Shown here piece after piece: positions 20,103 to 28,502 of a stretch of 64,000 nucleotides of DNA. The position numbers were made by a program, and so were the translations under genes. Within the stretch, counting starts at the first letter, position 1. Each line of letters begins with the position of its first letter. A model generated the notes under the pieces. The model was given only the letters and a program-made list of their open reading frames with translations. It was not told the origin of the DNA and did no database searches. Source of the DNA: Candidatus Hydrogenedentota bacterium (GTDB taxonomy: Bacteria; Hydrogenedentota; Hydrogenedentia; Hydrogenedentales; SLHB01); the NCBI GenBank assembly GCA_963674865.2, contig CAXXYE010000008.1, positions 544,001 through 608,000 of the forward strand, read 5' to 3'.

Positions 20103-20507
20103 ATGAATAAGACCAAGGGACAGATGGAGGCAGAGATCAGCGAGGCCATCATCAAATTCGAGAAGGAGTATATGGGCCGCGGCCCCTTGGAAACGAAGTC
20201 CTTCATCATTGGTGATATGGTGCTCGTGAGGCTTAAGGGTGTTCTTACGCAGGCCGAGCATCAGCTTGCCTCGTTGGGAGGCGGCCCTAAAGGACGAGAA
20301 CTGATCAAACAGGTTCGGATAGAGCTCTTGGAGAGAGGGCGCCCCCTTCTGGAGGCGGCGATCAAGGCCATCACGAAACAAGAGGTGAGGAGCCTGCACA
20401 CCGACATAAGCACGTCGACCGGCGAGAGGGTCATCCTGTTCACGCTAGAAGGGCCCGTCGATCTGCAAGATGCTGTGAGGCCGACTGGAGCTGTCAAGAC
20501 TCTTTAG
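20103..20507 (+). CDS. DUF2294 / MpsC-family protein (paralog 1); last 4 codons and stop supplied by the IS end
   Basis: KTKGQMEAEISEAIIKFEKEYMGRGP, VLTQAE and SLHTDISTSTGERVILFTL are typical DUF2294 motifs. Confidence 0.9.
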   Translation: MNKTKGQMEAEISEAIIKFEKEYMGRGPLETKSFIIGDMVLVRLKGVLTQAEHQLASLGGGPKGRELIKQVRIELLERGRPLLEAAIKAITKQEVRSLHTDISTSTGERVILFTLEGPVDLQDAVRPTGAVKTL

Positions 20508-22073
20508 AAATGTCACATGTTGGGACTCATTAGAAATGTCCTATGCTCGATGGTTGCAGAAGCGAGTTATCCAAGGTCTGTGGTCAGGTGCGTAGCAGCT
20601 GTCCCCAGACCGTCATATCCACATCCAGCGCGAAGCGCGCGGGCGCATAGCGCTCGTCGAGGATGTGGATATGTGGGTAACTCGCGTGCTCACCTTTCTT
20701 TTGCGTTCATGAGAGGTAGGCGTTGGACGTTGGGCCGCCAGCGCTTGTAGGGCGCGGGGGGAGCGTTCTTCTTCTTGGGCTTGGCGGGGGGCTGGACCTG
20801 TTGGACTCGTTGCTGCCCTTCTCGTTTGTATTGCTTGACCGTGAGCCTGCGGTAGTCAAGGTCCTGGTCTTTGTAGAGCAGCCTGATGCCGCCGTGCAGA
20901 TGGGTGCGGACCAGAATCCTGTCTTTGGGCCGGGGCAGAGGACTGTTGTTCTTGAGGATTTGGTAGTAATGATTCCCGAAACGGACGGTCCAGTCGTTTT
21001 GGACGACGCGCAGTTCCTCGAAGCAAAAAATGTCATGCAGCTCAAGGCCTTTGGGTGGAGGACGGTGATAGTCCAGTTCCTCACGGGGCGCAATGGCGAA
21101 CTTGGCGTTCAGAGCGTCACAAAAGCTTTCGTAGAGCAGCTTGTCGGCGGTGGCGATGGTGGTGATGCGCCGCAAGGCGAGTTCCTTGACGAACCGGTTC
21201 TGGTATGTGCCGTTGGAGCGCTCGACGCGGCCTTTGGCTTGAGGCGAAGTCGCGGGGATGATGACGATTCCCAGCTTATAGCAGGCCTCTCCGAATTGAG
21301 TCAGCGGCTCGCGCCCCGCCAGTTGCTCTTCGAGCGTGGGCTCCCGGCCGGTGATGTAGACGTTCTTTCGGTCCGTATACAGCGCCCGAGGAATACCGTA
21401 TTTCTCGATCCACCGCCACAGAAGCTGCATGGCGGCCTGCTTCGTTTCTTGCTCGGCCATGAGCGCCAAGGTTTCTCCTGTGGCGTCATCTATCATGTTC
21501 ATCAGACAAGTTTGGCCTTGGTCCGGCCCGAACCAGTGGTGGTGACTCCCATCCATCTGCACCAGCTCTCCGAAATGGGCTCGCCGCTCCCTGCGGGAGC
21601 GATGCCGGCGCCCGGTGTCTCCCTTCGCCCAGAGCCCCTGCTCAAGCAGCCAGCGCCGTAACGTCTCGTGGTCGATGCACAGGCCTTCCTCCGCCAGCTT
21701 CTCCGCGGCCAGGGTCGGCCCCAAATCGTGTTCTCTATAGCGTTCCTGATAGCGCCGAAGGACTTTGTCCCGGAACGCGGCAGGCTTGGCTCGATTAGAC
21801 GCCCGGCCCCGGTTGCGATGCACCAACCCCTCATCTCCCTCTGACACGAAGCGTGCGTGTATCCGCAGCGCCTGCCGGTAGCTCACTTCCATGCGCCGCG
21901 CCGCTTCCGCCAGGGTCATATGCTTTCCCACAACAAGCTCCAACAACGACTTACGCATCAATTCCTTGCGACTCATCTTCAAATGCCCTTCCACGGCAGC
22001 CCTCCAAGTGAAAGGCTCCAATTGTGACATTTCTAATGAGTCGAGGGGGTGACACTATCAAAGAGTCGCGACA
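20492..22073 (-). mobile_element. insertion sequence of the IS1202 family (formerly ISNCY, IS481-related), 1582 bp, 16-bp target-site duplication
   Basis: Ends TGTCAAGACTCTTTAGAAATGTCAC and (reverse complement) TGTCGCGACTCTTTGATAGTGTCAC; inner GACTCATTAGAAATGTC repeat at both ends; direct repeat TGAGGCCGACTGGAGC at 20476-20491 and 22074-22089. Confidence 0.93.
20690..21994 (-). CDS. DDE transposase (HTH plus rve core)
   Basis: GGAGGG RBS before GTG 21994; GELVQMDGSHHHWF, IDDAT, ALYTDR and SPQAKGRVER motifs. Confidence 0.93.
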   Translation of the reverse strand: MEGHLKMSRKELMRKSLLELVVGKHMTLAEAARRMEVSYRQALRIHARFVSEGDEGLVHRNRGRASNRAKPAAFRDKVLRRYQERYREHDLGPTLAAEKLAEEGLCIDHETLRRWLLEQGLWAKGDTGRRHRSRRERRAHFGELVQMDGSHHHWFGPDQGQTCLMNMIDDATGETLALMAEQETKQAAMQLLWRWIEKYGIPRALYTDRKNVYITGREPTLEEQLAGREPLTQFGEACYKLGIVIIPATSPQAKGRVERSNGTYQNRFVKELALRRITTIATADKLLYESFCDALNAKFAIAPREELDYHRPPPKGLELHDIFCFEELRVVQNDWTVRFGNHYYQILKNNSPLPRPKDRILVRTHLHGGIRLLYKDQDLDYRRLTVKQYKREGQQRVQQVQPPAKPKKKNAPPAPYKRWRPNVQRLPLMNAKER

Positions 22074-22089
22074 TGAGGCCGACTGGAGC

Positions 22090-22118
22090 TTGATTTTCCT
22101 TTCCATGTTGCATATACT
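22090..22118 (+). promoter_or_regulatory. sigma70-type promoter driving the leader-mpsC2-pckG unit
   Basis: TTGATT-N17-TATACT, starting on the first base after the IS target duplication. Confidence 0.7.
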
Positions 22119-22124
22119 CGAAGC

Positions 22125-22330
22125 GTAATCGGGCAGAGACTCAGGGGGCAGCGCAGAAGCTGCCTGCTGCAGGATAGGCCGCAGGGTGACAGAACAGGTC
22201 GTCGTGCGGTTTTTTTCTTTGCTCTCTTAGAGGTCGGCAGGTTCCACCGAGCTGCGTTTTGACGTGGCGCGGTGTGGAAGTGAGGCCGAAGAACCGTCTC
22301 TTGTGATGGTTCTTCGGCCTTTTTCATTTC
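22125..22330 (+). ncRNA. putative cis-regulatory leader RNA (attenuator)
   Basis: Non-coding stretch between promoter and first ATG; hairpins at 22147-22164 and 22242-22279, U-tract at 22210-22220, ends in an intrinsic terminator. Confidence 0.55.
22283..22329 (+). terminator. intrinsic terminator inside the 5' leader
   Basis: AGGCCGAAGAACCGTC-tcttgt-GATGGTTCTTCGGCCT followed by TTTTCATTT (16-bp stem, one G-U). Confidence 0.85.
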
Positions 22331-22396
22331 CCCGGTGTCTTCAGGGTGGCTGCACGCGACGGCGTCCTGAGTGTGTGGCGTGAGGTCACGGAGGCA

Positions 22397-22777
22397 ATGT
22401 TCAGAATGAGCTGTTCGAAGGCGACGGAAGAACAGATAATCGAGGCAGTGGAGCGGTTCGAACAGAACGAGATGTCGTTGGACGCGACGTCTATTTCAGT
22501 CGAGCTTCGGGCGGACACCTTGTTCGTGATGATCGAGGGACTGACCTTCCCCGCGGAGAAGGCCTGCGCGGAGGATAAGCACGGTGAAGAACTGCTGACG
22601 CAATACCACGCCCGGCTCTACGATGCCAGCAGAGGCTGCCTTGAGAAGGAGATCGAGCGTTTCCTCGGACGTATGGTTCAACGCTCCGCGTTCAGAGTGG
22701 ATCCGATCTCCGGGACTGGGGCGATGCAATTCATACTGGGCGATTCCACTGGCGAAGAAAGAGGCGAACCGCGGTAG
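22397..22777 (+). CDS. divergent DUF2294 / MpsC-family protein (paralog 2)
   Basis: Aligns without gaps to paralog 1 over its N-terminal half (EQIIEAVERFEQNEM...TLFVMIEGLTFPAE vs AEISEAIIKFEKEYM...MVLVRLKGVLTQAE); C-terminal VDPISG vs ISTSTG; GGAGG RBS; start could be 22406. Confidence 0.75.
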   Translation: MFRMSCSKATEEQIIEAVERFEQNEMSLDATSISVELRADTLFVMIEGLTFPAEKACAEDKHGEELLTQYHARLYDASRGCLEKEIERFLGRMVQRSAFRVDPISGTGAMQFILGDSTGEERGEPR

Positions 22778-22903
22778 GAGAAAGAAGCGGACTTCGGTGA
22801 ATCGTCACTGAAATCTGCATTCAGGTGGCCATACGAGTTCAAAACGAGGAGAAACGGGGAGCGTCGTGCCTCAGTACGGGCGGTAACCCTCAAGGAGATA
22901 GAC

Positions 22904-24871
22904 ATGCTTGAATACAAGAAAGGTCTTGACATTCTGTCGGCTGTCGGCGGCATCGCTACCATCGAGGAGGCCAAGAGCCTGTTCACGGATAAGCTGGACG
23001 CCGAGAACCAGGCGAAACTGTCGAAGATCCGCAACGAAGAGGCCCTGCTGAAGGTTGCGAACGCGATCGCCATGTGTCAACCGGACGCGATCATGATCCA
23101 CTCGGGGTCGCCGGCGGACCAGGAATTCGTCAAGAAGCACAGCCTGGAAAAGGGTGAAGAAGCCTCCCTGCCCATCGAGGGACACACCGTCCACTTCGAT
23201 CTGCCCCAGGATCAGGCCCGCCTGGTGAATCAGACCCTTTACATCGTCAACGAAGAGGAGAAGATCTCGTCCTTGGCGAAGCGCGAACTGCGCAGCGAAT
23301 CCCACGCCTACATTCAAAAGCACATGACCGGCATCATGCGAGGCAAGATCATGTTTGTCGGCTTCTATGGGCGGGGGCCCATCGGCGCCAAGGCCGCCAT
23401 TCCGGCCATCGAGATATCGAGTTCGACCTACGTGTTTCACTCGGCCGAGTTGCTGTACCGTAACTGCTTGGCTGACTTCGACGCGGAGGTTGCCCGCCGC
23501 GGCGAGTTCTTCACCAACGTGCACTCCGAAGGCCCCAACCGCCCCGAAGACGTCCCTAACGCCCGTATCTACATGGATCGCTCGTGGCAGACCACCTACT
23601 CCATGTTCTGCACCTACGCTGGGAACACCCTACTCATGAAGAAGGGCAACCACCGCTTCGCCTCCGATACGGCGATCTACAATCACTTCGGCTTAGAGTT
23701 GTCGGAGCACATGTTCATCACCGGGCTGACCGGCCCGGGCGGCCGCAAGACCTACTTCGCCGGGGCGGCGCCTTCCGGCTGTGGGAAGACCACCACCGCT
23801 ATGGTGGGCACCGACTTCATCGGGGACGACCTCGCCCAGTTGTGGATAGCGGAGGATGGCACCCTGCGGGGCATCAACCCCGAGATCGGCATCTTCGGCA
23901 TCGTGCAAGACGTTAACGAAGAGGGCGATCCCTATCTCATGAAGAGCCTGCGCGAACCCGGCGCGGAAGTCATTTTCTGCAATGTTCTCATCGATGAGAA
24001 CGGCAAGCCCCGCTGGGTGGGGGACGGCGAGGCGCCGCCGCCGCGCGGGAAGAACTTCCAGGGCGAGTGGACGTCCGACATGACGGAGGTGCCCATGTCC
24101 CACCCCAATTCCCGCTGTACGCTCCGGAACGAGACGATCGGAAACCACAACAAGCAAGCCAACGCCGATCCCGCGGGGGTGGAGATTCGAGTGGTTACAT
24201 ATTCGGGCCGCGACGCCGACACCATGCCGCCCATCTGGGTCGCGAAGTCCATGAACGAAGGCGTGGCCATCGGCGCCTCGATCGTCTCGAAGGCGACCGC
24301 CACCGAAGTGGGCGCCAGCGGTGTGAGGCGTCAACCCTGGGCCAACGCCCCGTTCATCGCAGGCGGCCTAAGCGACTATCTTGACGCGCAGTTTGCCTTC
24401 TTCAACAGCGACAAGCTCGCCGTCGAGCCCGTCATCGCGGGAGTCAACTACTTCCTGACCCACGAGAACCGCGGAGGCAGCGGCTCAGGACTATTGGGCG
24501 AGAAGCGCGATGTTCACGTGTGGCTCGGCTGGCTCGAGTTGTACGCTTACGGCGACGTGGAAGGTGTCGAGACCCCCATCGGCATCATCCCGAAGTACGA
24601 GGATCTGAAGAAGCTTTTCAACGACAAGCTCGGCAAAGAATACAGTGAACAGCTCTACACGATGCAGTTCTCACTATATATAGACAACATCATCGCCCGT
24701 ATCGATCTCCAGACTGAAGCGTGGAAGGAAGAGGGCAACGCTTCCCAGAGTCTTTTCGATATCTATGCAGCACAGAAGGCCGAACTTGAGGCACTCAAGT
24801 CTGAAAAGGGCGCTATCATCAAGCCTCAAGCTCTCTGTCCGATGGAGGTGCCGTGTGGAAACATTCAGTAA
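22904..24871 (+). CDS. pckG: phosphoenolpyruvate carboxykinase (GTP)
   Basis: AAGGAG RBS; YAGNTLLMKK, EHMFI, AAPSGCGKT P-loop, IGDDLA, INPE, HPNSR and YSGRD motifs. Confidence 0.95.
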   Translation: MLEYKKGLDILSAVGGIATIEEAKSLFTDKLDAENQAKLSKIRNEEALLKVANAIAMCQPDAIMIHSGSPADQEFVKKHSLEKGEEASLPIEGHTVHFDLPQDQARLVNQTLYIVNEEEKISSLAKRELRSESHAYIQKHMTGIMRGKIMFVGFYGRGPIGAKAAIPAIEISSSTYVFHSAELLYRNCLADFDAEVARRGEFFTNVHSEGPNRPEDVPNARIYMDRSWQTTYSMFCTYAGNTLLMKKGNHRFASDTAIYNHFGLELSEHMFITGLTGPGGRKTYFAGAAPSGCGKTTTAMVGTDFIGDDLAQLWIAEDGTLRGINPEIGIFGIVQDVNEEGDPYLMKSLREPGAEVIFCNVLIDENGKPRWVGDGEAPPPRGKNFQGEWTSDMTEVPMSHPNSRCTLRNETIGNHNKQANADPAGVEIRVVTYSGRDADTMPPIWVAKSMNEGVAIGASIVSKATATEVGASGVRRQPWANAPFIAGGLSDYLDAQFAFFNSDKLAVEPVIAGVNYFLTHENRGGSGSGLLGEKRDVHVWLGWLELYAYGDVEGVETPIGIIPKYEDLKKLFNDKLGKEYSEQLYTMQFSLYIDNIIARIDLQTEAWKEEGNASQSLFDIYAAQKAELEALKSEKGAIIKPQALCPMEVPCGNIQ

Positions 24872-25343
24872 GGATGGACGGTTGGCCATACCCTCGAGCC
24901 AGCGGAAAAGAGACAAATCAAGGGGCGACAAAGGCAAGACGAGATACGTTTTGAAGGAGGCGTATTGTCCCAATGGCTGCAATATCATTGATCCTGACCA
25001 CGAGGTCGATGGCGTCCCTGGTTTGCGGATCAGATTCCGAAGGCCCGGAATGGAAGGTGAATTCATCCTCTCCGCAGTAGAGGGGAGTCTTGGGAGGATC
25101 ATTCTATCAGGGCAACTCGAAGAAGGGACGAAAGACGACCTTTATTGTCCCTACTGCAATGCCATGTTTAGGAAGGTCGTGAATTGCACCTGCCAACCTG
25201 GGGCCGATGTTGTTGCAGTAGGATTGACTCCGAGTTTCGCCTTCAACAACTCAGTATGTTTCTGCAACGTTACTGGGTGTAGCAAGGGCACATCCGTCAG
25301 GACCGGCGATGTCCTAAGGCGACTTGGCGTCGAAGGTGAATAG
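24855..25343 (+). CDS. Cys-rich putative metal-binding protein overlapping the pckG end
   Basis: GGAGGTG RBS and GTG start inside pckG; CPNGC, CPYC, CTC and CFCNVTGC. Confidence 0.75.
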   Translation: METFSKDGRLAIPSSQRKRDKSRGDKGKTRYVLKEAYCPNGCNIIDPDHEVDGVPGLRIRFRRPGMEGEFILSAVEGSLGRIILSGQLEEGTKDDLYCPYCNAMFRKVVNCTCQPGADVVAVGLTPSFAFNNSVCFCNVTGCSKGTSVRTGDVLRRLGVEGE

Positions 25344-25384
25344 AGAATCCGCCGAAGACTGCGCGATCTTCAGTAAGTAAGGTC

Positions 25385-25590
25385 GTGATTCGTTTCAGTT
25401 CCCGGTACTTCATGTGCTTGAAACCGGCGGCACTCCCGGCAGAGGACTTTCGCGTGCGTCTGCCGGAAGAGCACGGTATCGCTTCATCACGCCTGGTGAG
25501 CGAGATGTGCGCATTGCATTCTCATGCGTCGAGGAGAATCGGGAATGCTGTTGACTGAGCAGGAGGTCTACGATGCCGTCGTGTTGAGGG
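25385..25590 (+). pseudogene. frameshifted 3'-end relic of a class I/II PLP aminotransferase
   Basis: Manual translation gives FSSRYFMCLKP...AEDFRVRLPEEHGI, then after a shift FITPGERDVRIAFSCVEE; resembles FNSGYFM...RIAFS C-termini. Confidence 0.6.
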
Positions 25591-25654
25591 CGCCCGGTGC
25601 GGATGAGCTGTCTTCCCCCGAGAAGTCAGGGCGCTCTCGGCCTATCCGACGCCG

Positions 25655-28240
25655 CTACTCATCCGGGGCCCGCTCCTCGGCCAGGGCGTTGAGCTTCCTC
25701 TCGACCTCGTCGAGGAACGCGTTCGTTATGGCGCTGTCCCACGTGTAAGGGGGCGAAGGAGTCTGCGTCGTCACGGCGAGAATGGCCAACAGCGCTTCGA
25801 CCAGGGGCCTGTGCTCAATGCCCGGCGCCTGAATCAGGTGCCTGAGGTGATCTAGGACAACCAGGCCGTTCCGCGCCGGTTCCCTCGCGCACCGGCACAT
25901 GACTGGGATCAGTTGCTCCCGCAGTGTACGAATGTCCGCCAACTCATTCACGTGCAGGTAATAATCGGGGTCGATCTGCCAGCGCCTGAGGAGTGTTGCC
26001 AGGGCGGCGGGGTCTTCGATGTGCGCGAGGGCGCTATCCGGGAGTCGATCCGTGTATCGCCCGAGGCCTTCCAGCTCTCCCTTGTTTACGAGCCCTACCA
26101 ACGCCAACGCCGCCTCTTGGCTGTAGTTCTCGGCCCCGGATGGCGCCAACATGCGCCTGAGGACTTCCGCGCCGCAGGCGTCCCCCAACTTGGCCAATTC
26201 TAGGGCCGCCACCTTGCGGTTGCCGCGTTTAGGCGCCTCGAAGGCCTCTCGAAGCCATTCTATGCGCGGCTCATCCTTGTGCGTTTCCCACCAAGCGTCC
26301 CAGTATGCCCGGAAGGCCTTAGGCGTGCGCGGCCGACCCGCACTGAAGCCGGTGATCCGCTCCAGCGCCCGTGCGGCTCTCTCGATGAGGCGCGGAGTGT
26401 AAGGCCCCAGCGTCTCATCATCCCAGTCCGCCGGGACGGCGTTGATCAGCGACAATACGGCGCGGCCATCGCGATAATGGCGCGCTATCTCTCGGGCGGC
26501 ATCCATCCGCTCGCCGATATGCTCGCTGCCGAGCTGCTCGATGCACGTATCGAGATCCATCTTGGGATACAGGCCCAGGCCTAGTTGATCGGTGGGCGTA
26601 TACGGCTTCATCACGGTATCCCAGGGATAGCCGAAGAAGCCGAACACGCGGAAGACGACGCCCCGCTCGTCTTGGAACACCTGGACGTTGCCCGGCGAGT
26701 CCTCGAACGCCAGCCAACCGCCGGTGAAGGGATTCCGGTAACGCCCGTAGGTAAAGTGATCCACCAGGATCTGCACGGCCTCTTCGGGCGACACGTCCTG
26801 GAAACCATCGTAACACTCCGCCACCCGTTGCGCGTTCTCCGTCATATCCCTGCGCATGCCGTGGGGGGACTCCTGCACATCGACCTGCGGCAACAAAGCA
26901 TGGGCGCGGTTCTGGACGACGTAGCTCACGACTGTGACGGGGACCAGAATCCCCAGCACCGCCACCGTGCGCAAACGCCCCCGCGAGCCCTTGCGGAGAA
27001 ATGCATGGGCCAGAAGAATGCCCACGGCCATGGCCACAGACCACGCCAGCAGCGCCAACGCCGAGGCCGCGTCGCGGACGGCGTCCTTGGCATAGTACGT
27101 CTTCCGTTCGGCGTGCGCGGGGCCTATGCGCACTGCCAGGTCCGGCGTCATCTGCTCCGGAGAGAGGGTGCCCGTCAACTTGCTGATTGTGCAGCCGTCC
27201 CACATCGTTGAGGCGGCGTCGGGATGTTCGACGTAAAGAAAGTACGTGCCCCCCTTGAATCCGCCTGGAGCACCGCCCCGAGGAGGCATCAAGCCGCCGT
27301 CATCGAAGACCTCCTCCGAAGGAACCAGTTGGTCGGCTATCTCGAGCGCGAGCCGATCCTGGCTCGCTGTCCCTTCGGCCACCACGAACAACTCGAGATA
27401 CACGTTGGATTGGGCCAGAGCAGTAAGTCGCATGGGATACACGGGCTCGTCGATGGGAAATGTGATGGCCAGGGGGTGAGGCCGGCTCAATCCGTCGCCC
27501 TCGCGGCGGAGCTTGGCGGACACGAAATGCCAGCCATCCGCAATGTAGTCGCGGACGATGGATTCACCCTCCGGGGGAAGTCCCGAGAAGCCGTTCTCCG
27601 TCAACCACTTGTTGAGCGCCCGCGCGCTATCCGCCTTGAGTACGGCCAAGTCGTAGCTGCCCACGTGGGCCTGCTCTTCGACCAGCACGCGGCTCGCGCT
27701 GGAAGAACCGAGGTCCGTACCTGCGTACCTGAACGCGGGCGCGAGCAGCGTGAGGAACAGAACCGCCGACGCGCATAGGAAGATAAGCAGCAGAACCGCC
27801 GGCCAGTACCAGGCGCGGGGCCGCCAGAGAACGATCAGTATGCCCCACGCCGCTATGACGGCCACCAATAAGCGCGCGTGCGCCAGTTTCCCTCTTGTGG
27901 CGTGAGACTTGACAATTTTCGGTTGTAGGGCGCCCGACAGTGTCTTGATGAGCCCCGGTGTGGCTTGCTCGAAGGCCGTGGGCTTCGCGGGAACCGGGAT
28001 GATCCAGCCAAACGCCTCGCCTTCCCCTTCGAGCGACGACTCGATGACGAGGCGCTCAACGCCCTCGCGGTACACGAGAAGTGCCCGCTGCGACGGGATG
28101 GATGGCAGCGCCTTCGCGGCGAAGCTCTTCGAGAAAAACCCGTCCGCGCTCGCGGGATGCGCTGCCATGAGGCCCATGGCCAGCACGATGCCCCACCACC
28201 ACATAGACTTTGCCGCCCGGATGCCGAATCGCGTATTCAT
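25655..28240 (-). CDS. DUF2330-domain membrane protein with C-terminal HEAT-like repeats
   Basis: Signal peptide ending ASADG; FGWIIPVP, VGSYDLAVL, WLTENGF and YPMRLT motifs; 4 internal TM segments; helical AALELAKLGD repeats. Confidence 0.8.
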   Translation of the reverse strand: MNTRFGIRAAKSMWWWGIVLAMGLMAAHPASADGFFSKSFAAKALPSIPSQRALLVYREGVERLVIESSLEGEGEAFGWIIPVPAKPTAFEQATPGLIKTLSGALQPKIVKSHATRGKLAHARLLVAVIAAWGILIVLWRPRAWYWPAVLLLIFLCASAVLFLTLLAPAFRYAGTDLGSSSASRVLVEEQAHVGSYDLAVLKADSARALNKWLTENGFSGLPPEGESIVRDYIADGWHFVSAKLRREGDGLSRPHPLAITFPIDEPVYPMRLTALAQSNVYLELFVVAEGTASQDRLALEIADQLVPSEEVFDDGGLMPPRGGAPGGFKGGTYFLYVEHPDAASTMWDGCTISKLTGTLSPEQMTPDLAVRIGPAHAERKTYYAKDAVRDAASALALLAWSVAMAVGILLAHAFLRKGSRGRLRTVAVLGILVPVTVVSYVVQNRAHALLPQVDVQESPHGMRRDMTENAQRVAECYDGFQDVSPEEAVQILVDHFTYGRYRNPFTGGWLAFEDSPGNVQVFQDERGVVFRVFGFFGYPWDTVMKPYTPTDQLGLGLYPKMDLDTCIEQLGSEHIGERMDAAREIARHYRDGRAVLSLINAVPADWDDETLGPYTPRLIERAARALERITGFSAGRPRTPKAFRAYWDAWWETHKDEPRIEWLREAFEAPKRGNRKVAALELAKLGDACGAEVLRRMLAPSGAENYSQEAALALVGLVNKGELEGLGRYTDRLPDSALAHIEDPAALATLLRRWQIDPDYYLHVNELADIRTLREQLIPVMCRCAREPARNGLVVLDHLRHLIQAPGIEHRPLVEALLAILAVTTQTPSPPYTWDSAITNAFLDEVERKLNALAEERAPDE

Positions 28241-28502
28241 TGGCGTCCCCTTTCCCCCCAATACTCGCCGAGTACACCACCAACTATGCTCAATTACTCC
28301 CGCCCAGTCAAGAGTTCCTGTGTGTTTGGATTGCCGGGAGGGCATGGGCTGCAATGGGTGCGCATGAGCAACTCAAGTGACGGCGCTTCTTTTCATTACG
28401 CCTCATGGCGCCTGCGGAATGGATGTCGCGGGACGAATAGTCTAAACTAATGGGAAGCAAGACTGTTGCGGCATCCGTGCGGCAATTCACGGAACAAACA
28501 GA

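Noticed and set aside
22280..22289. GTGAGGCCGA at the terminator base matching the start of the IS target duplication
   Set aside because: Only about 10 bp; compatible with chance, and no IS end is adjacent.
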